In this document: in pieces, positions 52,891 through 64,000 of the stretch
Layout of the letters: every line of letters begins with the position of its first letter
Position numbering within the stretch: position 1 is the stretch's first letter
Assembly (NCBI RefSeq): GCF_009914755.1
Contig: NC_060928.1
Direction: 5' to 3' (one strand)
DNA from: the human T2T-CHM13v2.0 reference genome, Homo sapiens
Length of the DNA stretch: 64,000 bases
Translations under genes and position numbers: made by a program
Notes under the pieces: generated by a model
Told to the model about the DNA's origin: nothing
The model's database searches: none
What the model saw: the letters and a program-made list of their open reading frames with translations, nothing else

Positions 52891-55800
52891 TTTATGCACC
52901 TAATAACAGATCATTATTGATAGAATTGAAGGGGCAAAAATTGATAGAATTGAAGGGGAAAAAATAGACAGTTCTAAAATAATAGTTGGATACTTAAGTT
53001 AACTTAACTTCTTAACTCTCAATAATGACATGAACTACCAGACAGAAGATAAGTGAGAAAATATTACAGTAGAGGACTTGATCAACTCAATAAACCAATA
53101 ATATCTGACATATATGGAACATTCTTTTGATAACAAAAGCATACACACACTTCTCACGAACATGTGGGACGTTTTTGAGGGCATATCATGTATTAGGCCA
53201 CAAATTAAGTTTCGATGGATTTTTTAAAAACATATATCCTACAAAGTTGCTTCTCTGAGCACAATAGAATTAAGTTAGAAATTAGTAACAGAAAGAAAAC
53301 TGTAAAACTCAGAAATTTATGAAAGTTAAGCAACTCACTCATAAACAACCAAAGGATCAAAGAAGAAATTGCAAGAGAATAGCAAATACTTATACATGAA
53401 AGAAAATAAAAACACAATGTATCAAAACTTATAGGACGCAGTGAAAGAAGTGCTAAAGTGGAAATTTAAGCTGTAAGTGCTTATATTAAAAGAAAAAAAT
53501 TCTCAAATAAGCATCTGAACATTACAACTTAAAGAACTAGGAAAAGACAAAAAACTAAACCCAAAATTAGCAGAAGTAAATAAATAATAACAATTAGAAT
53601 AAAGTATAGAACAAAAAAAAGAAATCAATAAAATCAAAGTTTTTAAAAAATATCAGTGAAATTCACAAACATCTAGCTGGCTGGACTAAGAAAAAAAGGA
53701 GACTCATATTATTACAATAAAAAATAGAAGTGGAGATATTCCTACTGATTCTACAGAAGTAAAAAAATATTATGATAGTACTATGAGCAACTACATACCA
53801 ATAAACTGAATAACCTAGATAAAGTAAACAGATTTCTAGAAGCACAAAACATACCAAGACCAAACCACGAAGAAATAGAAACTCTGAATTGACCTGTAAG
53901 TTGTAAGGAGATGAATCAATAACTCCAACAAAGAAAAGCCCTGGACCTGATGACTTTACTGATGAATTCCACCAAACATTTAAAAAGAAACTAACATGAA
54001 TTCTTCAAAAATTTTTCAAAAAGTTGATGAGAAGGAAACATATCCTAACTCATTCTGTACTATCAGCATTACTCTGATACTAAAGCCATACAAAGATACT
54101 ACCAAAAAAAAAAAAACTACAGACCAATCGCCCTTATGAAGATTGATGTAAAAATCCTTGAGAAAGTACTAGCAAACCAAATTAAATAGTTTATTTAAAG
54201 GATTATACTCCATGACCAAGTGGGATTTATTTCTGAAATGCAAAAACAGCTCAGTAAATGAAAATCAATCAATTTAATACATCACTTTAACACGAAGAAA
54301 GGGAAAGAATGATCATCTCTATGCAGCGAATGCATTTGACAAAATTCAACAAACTTTCGTGATTAAAACACTCAACAAACTAGGAATAGAAGGAACAAAC
54401 TTTAACATAACAAAAGCTATATATGAAAAAGTCACAGTAAACATTACACTCAATGATGAATGACTGAAAGTTTTTCCTTCTAAGTTCAGAAACAAGTTAA
54501 AGATGCCCGCTTTTGCCAAGTTCATTCAACACAGTACTGGAAGTTTTAGCCAAAGCAATTACATAAGAAAGGGAAATAAAAGGCATACAAATTGAGAAGA
54601 AATAAATAAAATGATCTCTGTTCATAGATTATATGGTGTTATATGTAGAAAACCCTATAGTTTCTACTCTAAAGAAAAACAAGTTAGAACTAATAAATTC
54701 AGTAAAGTAGAAGAACATAAAATCCGCACACAAAAATTAGTTGCATTTCTATAAACTTACAATGAACAATTCTAAAAGGAAATTAAGAAAACAATTCAAT
54801 TTTTAATAGCATCGAGAAGAATCAAATAATTAGAAATTAACCAAGGAAGTGAAAGACTTATACAATAAAAACTACAAAATATTTCTTTAAGAAATTTTAA
54901 AAGACATAAATAAATGGAAAAACATTCCATGTTTATGGACTGGAAGACTTAATATTGTTAATACATCAATACAACCCAAAGCAATCTACAGATTTAATGC
55001 AATTCCTATCAAAACCCCAATGGGATTTATTGAAGAGATATAAAAATTCATTGTAAAATTCATATGCAATCTCAAGGCACCCCACGTAGCCCAAGCCCAA
55101 ACAATTTTGAAAAAGAACATGGTTGGCAGACCCACACTTCCTGATTTCAAAACATACTACAAAACTACTGTAAATTAAAATAAAAGTTTGATACTGGCAT
55201 AAAGACAGACATATAGGTTAATGTAATAGAAAAGTGAGTCCAGAAATAAACTCTTACATATATTATAAAATGATTTTTAACAAGGGTGCCAAGACTATTC
55301 AATGGAGCAAAACTCAATCTTTTTAAAAATATGGGGCTTGGATAATTGATATCCACGTGCAAAAAAATGTGGAGTTAAGCTGATACCTGACACCATATAC
55401 AAAAATTATCTCAAAATAAATTTAAGACCTAATTGTAAGACTTAAAGCTACACAATTCTTCGAAAATAGGGGAAAAGCTTCACCACATTGGATTTAGCAG
55501 ATTTATTGGATGTGACACCAAAATCACAGGCAGTAAAATAAAATAAAATAAACAGGTAAATTGAACTGTCTGGTTATTTTTAAATTGTGCCTCAAAAGGC
55601 ACTACCAACAAAGCAAAAATCAGAAACCAGAGAATGGGAGCAAATATTTGTAAATCATCTGATGAGGGCTTAATATCCAGAATATACGACAGAATTATTA
55701 AAACTCAACAACAGAGAAACACACAACTGAATTCAAAAATGCTCAAAGAGCTGGAATAGTCATTTCTTCAAATAAGTTATACAAGCAAATTAACAATAAG

Positions 55801-56013
55801 CACATGAAAAGATAAGCAACATTATTCATCATTAGGGAAATATATGTCAAAACCACAATGAGATACCATCTTCTACCCATTAAAATTGCTACTATTAAAA
55901 AAAAAAAGAAAAAGAAAATAAGTATTGGCAAGACTGTGGAGAAACTGAAACTTTCGCCTAGTTGGTGTGACTGTAAAATGGTATAGCTGTTTGGGAAAAC
56001 TATATGAATGTAT

Positions 56014-56261
56014 GGTGGGCAGATCACCTGAGGTCGGGAGTTCGAGACCGGCCTGGCCAACATGGAGAAACCCCCGTCTCTACTAAAAATACAAAATTAG
56101 CTGGGCATGGTGGTGCATGCCTATAATCCGAGCTACTCAGGAGACTTAGGCAGGAGGATCTCTTGAACCCGGAAGGTGGAAGTTGCGGTGAGCCAAGATC
56201 GCGCCATTGCACTCCAGCCTGGGCAGCAAGAGTGAAACTCTGTCTCAAAAAAAAAAAAAAA
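56014..56261 (+). mobile_element. 5'-truncated AluSp-like element inside the L1
   Basis: gaggtcgggagttcg, catggagaaac and gcaagagtgaaac diagnostics; A15 tail; the first ~60 nt are missing. Confidence 0.9.
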
Positions 56262-56788
56262 TAGAATTACTCCATAATCCATCAGTTCCACTTCTGGATA
56301 TATACCCAAAAGAATGAAAATCCGAAATATCAAAGAGATAGTTGTATACCCATATTTATAAGCAACGTTACACACAATAGCTAAAACATGGAAGCAGGCC
56401 ATGTGTTCATCAGTGGATAGATGTATAAGCAAAATATGATGACTTTTCTGAATGATTTCTGTAAGTCCTTAATTTTCCATGTAATTTATTTAGTATAAAC
56501 TATTTTATAGAATTTAAAAAAAATGTTTTTGAACATTGTTTTTACATTCAGCAAGGATAAAAATGTGTTGGAACTGTTAGTAAGTGGACATTAGAGTCTT
56601 ACACCATGGCTTTTAGGTGTAAGTTATAATGAACAATTTATATTTCAGTCCTTATTTCCAGTTCCAAATTTGTATAAATTTACGCTGACATGTTAACTTA
56701 GGCTGACATCCAGTTGTAGCAAATTTTTATGAAAGAGAAAGCCCAAAAGGATCTAATAGAGGACCATCTTACTTCAGTTTCTCTAGAT

Positions 56789-56991
56789 CACTGCTATCTA
56801 ATAGAAAATTCTACCATGATGGAAACAGTATAAGTCGGCACTTTCTAATACAGTATCTGCTAGCCACACACGGCTATTCAGTACTTGAAATGTGGTTACT
56901 GCAACTGCTGAACTGAATTTTTAATAATATTTAATTCTAATTAATTTAAATAGTCACCTGTTGCTAATGGCTATTGCATGAGCTAGTGCAA
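56789..56991 (+). mobile_element. MER3-like hAT-Charlie MITE
   Basis: cactgctatctaataga...tagccacac..ggctatt.agtacttgaaatgtgg; 8-bp TSD ctctagat / ctctggat. Confidence 0.8.
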
Positions 56992-57149
56992 CTCTGGATA
57001 TTTACCTCTGTAATTATTTTTTGAAGTATTTAATTTTCAACACTCCTGTTCTTCTTGTCCTCCAAAAATAAAGACACAGGTTTTATCAGAAAAAAAAAGA
57101 TAGCACTTCAATCTGCATTGAGGAGCTTGAGAGAAAAATTGACCAACAA

Positions 57150-57549
57150 ACCTACGCCTCAGTAGCATCACAGACATCACCAGGTGCTGTCTTCTGAATC
57201 CTCCCCCACGCTGTGCTCAGGCTACTTTTCTCTAAGGCTCTCAGCCCATGACTGAGCATAGTGGGCATACTGAGGCAGGTCTATTTCTGTAAGATGCAGG
57301 ACTCCTCTAAAGGGTAACTTTGACAATTAGCTTAGCAGAAAACTGAGATTTGTGCTGAGAATCTACTTATCAAACCTCCTTTATTCCCTTTTTCCTTTAC
57401 AGGAGTCAGATATGCATCTTGCTGTGAGGATTCATTTTGCTTCTTCCAGCTGCTTTCTCCTTTTCCTTTACAGACGTTTTTCCATATAAATCTCTTGAAC
57501 ATCTAGTGTCAACATGGCAAATACTACTCAGAGGACCTGAAATATCACA
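57150..57549 (+). mobile_element. Old ERVL-type LTR (family uncertain)
   Basis: ataaatctcttg...ctcagaggacctgaaatatcaca terminus typical of ERVL LTRs. Confidence 0.45.
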
Positions 57550-57877
57550 CAGGCCCTTGATCTTTGTTAATAAAATATATTTAATTTTATTTTTCAGGGC
57601 TAAAAGATAGTCAATAAATCTCCAGAGAGAGATAGTGGGCAACATATAATGAGTCACATTTAAAATAATTAAAAATGTTTTCAAAATATGTACAATGCCC
57701 TTCTGAGATGAGAAATCTAATCTTCATGAGAATATTTTGCCATTTCCTCCCTACTGAATTACTCTTTATTTTGCTTATGACTGCATCTTACTTATGATAA
57801 AAGCATGATGATAGATTCAAACAAAAATAATTTCCCACTATGACTCAGTTGAAAAATGTATATAAATATGTCTGGAC

Positions 57878-58091
57878 CAGTGATTCTTAACCTGGGTGAC
57901 TTTGGCCCCCAAAGACTATTTTTAAGTGTTTGGAGACATCTTGGCTTGTCACAGTTGGCATGCTGTTATCAGCTTCTATCGGATAGAGGTTAGGGCTGCT
58001 ACTGAATATCCTGCAATGAACACTACAGATGCTGCACTACAAAAGATCACCAAGTCAGAAATGTAAATAATGCCAAAGCTGAGAAGTCGTG
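57878..58091 (+). mobile_element. MER20 hAT-Charlie element
   Basis: cagtgattcttaacc...tggagacat...tgtcaca...tcctgcaatg...gctgagaa; TSD-like gtctggac / gtctaaag. Confidence 0.8.
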
Positions 58092-60849
58092 GTCTAAAGC
58101 AAGTTCACAAAGCTTGTGCACATTTATGAATGATCTTCTCAAACCCGTGTCCACACATTTGAAAGCTGTTTCACATAAAATATAGCTACTCCTAGACACA
58201 CAAGAAGTGTAAGATTACTCTTTAATGACAAAGATTTTTAGTGTTGGAGTAATTTTATACCACATTTCGTTGGCATATCCCATCACAATTCAGTCAAACT
58301 TTTGGTTTCTGTAAAATTGATATTTGTTAAGTCAATAGCTAAGACATGATTTTTAATTATTAAAGTTTATTACCTTGCATTTAAGTAACATACTCTGTAA
58401 CTATAATAGTTAGGTTACGAGGCTAGACATAACTCATTTTCTAATAACATCGCAGTTACCAAATAGTGAAAAGGACCAGTAAATACCAAGATTATTATAT
58501 TTCAAATTGATTAAACCTTGTTAGCCACCTGTTCAGTGTCAAATCCATACATCTGATTCAGTTCACACATACACACACAATCAGAAATAGAAATGAAACC
58601 ATTATTGTGCCAGGACCTTTGAGAAATCTTTGAAATATATCTACTAAAATATATATTGAAATACGTATTTAAATATAGAGAAAGAGAGAGGTGTGTATTA
58701 CAACTGGATTGAACAATAAACCCAAACCCAAAAGACACATGTAGTTTACTGATATAATAGGTCCAAGAAGAGGCCACTGATAGGTTACAGTGTAAATATT
58801 TGTGATTACACGTGACTTTTTTCACACAGCAAAGGGTGAATTACCCTTAGCACATCAATATTCTCTTAATAGGGTAGCAATAACCTTTGAGCTACTGGGC
58901 TTTAGACACATACAACGGGTCTGAGAATTAAAGATTGTCTGGGAAAAAAGCGAAGTAACATACACCACCTAATGTTGTGAACCAATCTGTCCCTATTGTA
59001 TCACTGAAACAAGATCATAATACAACCCTTAAAAACATATCTCACCAATTCCACAAATAGATTACACAAAGTACACGATGATTTTTTACTAAAATATGAT
59101 GACACTGCTAGATTCACCAAAACTTTGTCAATAAGAAAGATCAGAATGTGCTCCGTATCATTCTCCACCTCCTCCCTGACCCCTGCTTCCCAAGAACTTT
59201 GAGGTGGAACATGTACACACACACAGTAGTTCAAAAATATGAAGTTTCATCCTAATGTACTTGTGCAACACAAATATAAAGTGACTGGTAGTCAGTAAGT
59301 TTTATTGAAATTGGGAGAAAAATACAGTAAATATATATAGATGAGGTGGCTTATAATGGATTGAAACTGGACTGTGGAGAGTTAAATTTCAATACTCCTG
59401 TACACTTTTCACCAGCAAGGGAGGGAAGAGGAGTGAAATTAATTAGCAAAGATTAATGTAGAATGAAGGGGCATAAAAGAAGCTCTACTTTAAAATACAA
59501 AAGTGGAGGCCAAAAGTAATTGTGACTTGCTTAACGTCTCAAAGTAAGTTGTGGGGAAAGATATAAAATTTGAATGAAAATCCAATGGGTCATAGACAGT
59601 TCAATATAGTTTGATAACACTTCTCTCTCCATGTACTGAAACATTTGTGAACTGCTTCTGAGTAACTTCTTGGGTGCTTATCTTAAATACTTTCAAAAAA
59701 TCCCTACAGCTTTTAATATTATGACAGCAAGTTACCAAATCTTAAGCAGCAGCAACTGACCAGGTGGCACTAAACTCTTAAATATAGATTGTCAAAAAAT
59801 ACTGTAATGAGTAGTGATGCATTTCACCTAATGGTCAGCTTGCCCTTTCCTGAGACTCCTAAGGAATATATGAATCCAGGACCTAAAATTACTTTAAAAA
59901 TAGTTAGTGACATTTTCTGATATCTTATAATTCAGCAGGATTATATTTCTAAATATAATACAATGTCTAAACTTGGATCCTACTGTCATCAGATTTTTTA
60001 ACATTCTCAATAACTTCAAGTTGACTTAGCATTACGTATTTATCTTTTTCATTTAAAAAGTCATAATTTAAGATTTTGCCAATCAATTGATTATAATTTG
60101 TCATATAATTTCACTCAATTTTTCTCCCCTAATTACTTAAGACCAACGAGAAAGTATTTTAATGACACACATATTTTAATGTATAACAAGATCAAAGAAG
60201 CAGCCAAGGGGGATTGACCAGCAGAGAGCTGTGGAGAAGATTAACATAGCATGATGATGTTAGGGACAAAATAGAGAGATAGCCAGTGAAGGCACAGTAA
60301 AATGAATATATTAAAAACAACCCAGTACCTAAATATTTTTATCTAAATGTCATCTGAAAAATCTTCAGTAATGTAATAGGATCTAGAATACTTTTTTTAA
60401 CTCTCATTACTAATTGCATTAAAATAATTTTACAAACTAAATACCCCATGCTTTTTTTTTACGTGGTTTGCTTTACAAAACTAAAACATCTGTAGATTTA
60501 TATGAGATATTGAATCCTACAAAATTGACCAGTCTCCCTCTTAAGGATTGGCACTCTCCTGTTGTTTGAAGATGATGCAGAAGCCTCTTTTTCCAAAGAA
60601 CGTATTCCTCCCATGAGTAGCTACCACAATGTGTTTCTCATACATTTCGAAATAAGCATGTGTAATGAATAACATAACCCAACTAGGGACATACTACACT
60701 TGATTTAAAAGATCAGAGACTGTGTCCCAAAGATGCAGGACCTGGGTAGCATAAAACTACAGGAGCTGAGATGATATGCATGGAAACGTATTGTGAAACA
60801 GTTTGATCAATGTTATGGTATAAAATATTGAACTCTAAAGTATGATAGC

Positions 60850-62320
60850 CCTCAGAAGTATGAAAAATCTGTTTGTCCTTACTAGATGTGGTAGAAATGT
60901 CAGAATTGCTGTGGTAAATGTTAGAAGAAGGAATTCTACGGTTTAAAGATGTGAGCATATTTGAGTAGATGTACTATGTAAGACCAGAAAAGTCACCAGA
61001 GCCCTGTGTTTCACAAAAAGGCCTGGTGGATACAGCAGTTACCAAAGCAAGGCAGAATGTGCTGGAGACGGGCACTCACACCAAAGAGAAGTTAACTTTG
61101 CTCTATTGGCCAGGCCTGATGGAAGAAATGCTATTTCAGAACTGGCTTTACTGACAACAATGATGATAATAGGACTTGATAAATATATAGGATGGGTCAT
61201 TCAGAGTCAAAGAGAGGCAAATATTTTAATGTATAGTAAGATCACAGAAGCAGCTAAGGGAGTTTGAGCAGCAGAGAGCTATGGAGAAGGTTAACATACC
61301 ACGATGATGTTGGGGACAAAATAGATAAACGGCCAGTAAAGGCACTACTGTTAATAATTTGGTTCAACAAAAGAAAATAAAAAATAGATTCTCAGAAGGT
61401 TGAAGGAAGTTAATAAAACAAAAAGTCATAATTTCTTGCCAAGTTTCTGGACAAAGGCTTGTTTGGGACCTGGAAACTTCTGTCTGAAAGTGAGATCAGG
61501 TCTACAGGAGAAAGGGTATTGCAATGTCATGACAAGTGCATATAGTCATGATTACTCCAGCCCTTTCCTATAGCTATTTATAGCAAATTATTCTGGAAAC
61601 TGTGCACTGGTTAAATGAGAACACAAAATATTTTAAGACCTATTAGACACAGGGTTTGAGGAAACATTGGTACTTTGAAAACTGAGGTGTCATTATGGGC
61701 CCTTGGTTTGAGAGGGATACATGAGGGTCACATGATGCAAAGTCCAGGATCATGGTTATTCCACTGAATTGGCAGACCCACCTGGTGCTTGTTTCTCCCA
61801 ATGCAATCATAGTGTGGAAGGCCAAATGGAAGTGTCTAACACTGATCCTTCCTGGCTGAGATCATAAATTTAATTTAAAAATAATGCATCCCAGGAGAAA
61901 AGGCACAAATTAGAGACATCCCTATATAAGCCCAAAGGATGAAGGGTGATGATTCCCATCATGTTTTCATTTATTTTTACCAATCTAGCCATTAAAGAAA
62001 CAAGGCAGAGCTTGCAAGGTGACCATAAGTTCATGCAAGTATTAGAACCAATTACAGCCGCTGTTTTAGAAATGGTGTCTTTTCTAAAGTATTTTAGCAT
62101 GACCTGTGACACAAGATAGGCGGCCATTGATCAAGAGAATGTATTATTTCTATCCCTACCAAAAATGAGGATCAGAGAAAGTTTCATTCACTTGCAATAG
62201 ATAACAGTATACATTTACAGTCTTGCTTCCAGGTTACGTTAGCTTTCCTACCCTCTTTCACAATATAATTCTAAGAGAACTCTACTAGCCTGGCATCGCA
62301 TAGAACACAACTTAGGTCAA
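60850..62320 (+). mobile_element. Decayed ERVL-type internal fragment (approximate)
   Basis: pol-like remnants (ttttatctatccct-like ttctatccctacc, cagtatacatttacagtcttgcttccagg resembling QYTFTVL-P-G) without an open frame. Confidence 0.5.
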
Positions 62321-62329
62321 ATTTTCATT

Positions 62330-64000
62330 TATTCTTTTCCAATACATATATTTTCTGTCTTTTCCTTGACTCTTTGCAATGACAGGGGCCCCAAGTACAA
62401 AGTTCAATAGTAGTGGTGATAGTATATATCTGTGTCTTCTTCCTGACCTCGTAGGAAATTCTTCCAGTGTTTCACTATTAATTATGATCTTGGCTATGTT
62501 GTTTAATCAGAGTTTGGCATTGCCCTTTATTCCTACTTTGCTAAGAATTTTAATGACAATGAGTTTATGTAGAATTTTGTAAAATGCCTTCTCTTCACCT
62601 AAACGCATGAAGATTTTTTCATTTTATAAACGTAAATAATTATTTTGATTGGTATAAAAATCTTTAATCAATGTTGACTTCTTGAAGTTAAACCAATTTG
62701 GCTTGGAAGCATTATTATTTACATGTGTATACTTTCAGCTCACATTTTAATGAGAACTTTTACCTCTATGCTCATAAGAAAGATTGGCCTTAATATGCCA
62801 TATTTTTATTATCTTAAAATATTAAAATGATAATCATTCTATCATTATGTTCAAAATGTTTATTTTTAATGTTGTTTTTATTTTGAAGATGTTTAGAACT
62901 ATATTGTTAATTTCCTTATATTTACAAATTTTAAATTGTTACCCTATTCATTATTTCTATCTTTCCAATGGTAAGGTAATTTTTGTGAATGTATTTAATC
63001 TTTTGAAATGTGTAGATACTTCATGGGCAAATCTAAGCACAGTCTTTTGTTTCTCCCATTTGAACATAATGTGTCTTTCCTTCTCGGGTTTTTAAAAGTT
63101 TCTTTCCAAATTTGATTCCCAATGGTTTTATTTGCTGTGTCTGGAATGAGTTCCCTTTTACTTATTCTTTTTGGGCTCATAGCATTTCTTGAAATCTAGT
63201 CCTTAATGTCTTTATTCAGCCATAGAGAAATTTCAGATCTTATCTCTTCAAATATTACTTCTTTGACATTCTCTATTCTTATTATACTGGATTCTAATTA
63301 CAGATTTGTTTGATTTTTCAGCAAGCCGCCTCCCACACCACATAGTTTCCAGTTTCTTTTTAATTCTGTTCTTTAGTTTGAATACTCTCTACTGACCTAT
63401 TTTCAAGTTATTCTTCTTTTCTAGCTTTTTCTAAAATGCTCTTAATCATATCTACTGAATTCTTAATTTAGTTATTACGTTTTTCATTTCTAGAATTTCT
63501 GTTTGAATATTTTTATTTATCCAATTATCTGATAAAATTCTATACCCTGTTATCTTCTTGAACATATTATTCATAGTTATCTTAAAGTCCAAGTTTAGTC
63601 ACTTCATTATCTGAATCACCTTTGATCTATTTCTATTGCCTATTTCGCTTTCTTTACTTATCTGATGTTTTTCAAATGAATAGCAGGCATTTTATATTTT
63701 AAAATGTTGCAGCTATAGATAATTTTGCCTTCTGCTAGAAAAAATTTATCCTACTGTCTTCCAGGCATCTAGAGATCTCCATAGTGTAATTGAGACTGAA
63801 ATGTTTCAAAATTCTATAAACCTCTGCTCCATCTCATATTTATACCAATTCCTTCTAGAAATCTCAACTTACACTTTGGAATGTTTATAGAGTTTCTTCT
63901 CCTGGTAGATATTTAGTATTTTAGCCATTCATAATCAAGGAACTGATTAATATTATGCTATGCTTTTTAGCCATGTTCTAACAGGCATCTTAGCCTCTAG
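62330..64000 (-). mobile_element. Old L1M fragments (approximate)
   Basis: T-rich reverse-L1 motifs (aatagtagtggtgatagt, ccagtgtttcactatta, ttttcatttctagaatttctgtttg). Confidence 0.6.

Larger units (their letters stand above)
50030..56440 (+). mobile_element. Long decayed LINE-1 (L1M type): 5'UTR, ORF1, ORF2; 3' end missing
   Basis: aagatggtgg 5' motif; ORF1 remnant (EEIIIENFPNLMKDMNINIQEAQ); endonuclease start TLNVN..LNSPVKR at about 52298; RT region SPGPD and YRPIAL; riddled with stops. Confidence 0.9.

Overview
This window is primate genomic DNA, not microbial: it carries AluJ/S/Y, LINE-1, HERV-H and MER41, and AluY points to a catarrhine, plausibly human or ape. It is AT-rich and dense in transposable elements. 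I found no cellular protein-coding gene, tRNA, rRNA or CRISPR array; the ORF track is almost entirely retroviral remnants, Alu/L1 or simple-repeat artefacts. Main contents: (1) 1-7471, an old HERV-H provirus that keeps gag, pro, pol and env (all disrupted) and ends in a short LTR7C-like 3' LTR; (2) 12903-13032, a MER85 piggyBac MITE; (3) 24375-29582, a MER41A LTR split by a complete gag-only ERV with two LTR1-family LTRs and a tRNA-Pro PBS (HUERS-P2-like); (4) about 50030-56440, a long decayed L1M; (5) many MaLR/ERVL LTRs, L2, hAT elements and Alus. The most unusual structures not explained by known repeats are a ~150-bp, ~95%-identical inverted duplication (46778-46927 / 48013-48163) interleaved with an inverted Alu pair, a gap-free 125-bp direct duplication (60171-60295 / 61221-61345), a target site used twice in succession (L1 then Alu, 20045-20826), a perfect 18-bp hairpin with AATAAA in its loop (16711-16755), and a 47-nt hairpin-forming LTR10-like fragment with an A-rich tail (8422-8500). 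Repeat family names come from my recollection of consensus sequences and need confirmation with RepeatMasker/Dfam. I found no clear new multi-gene system.
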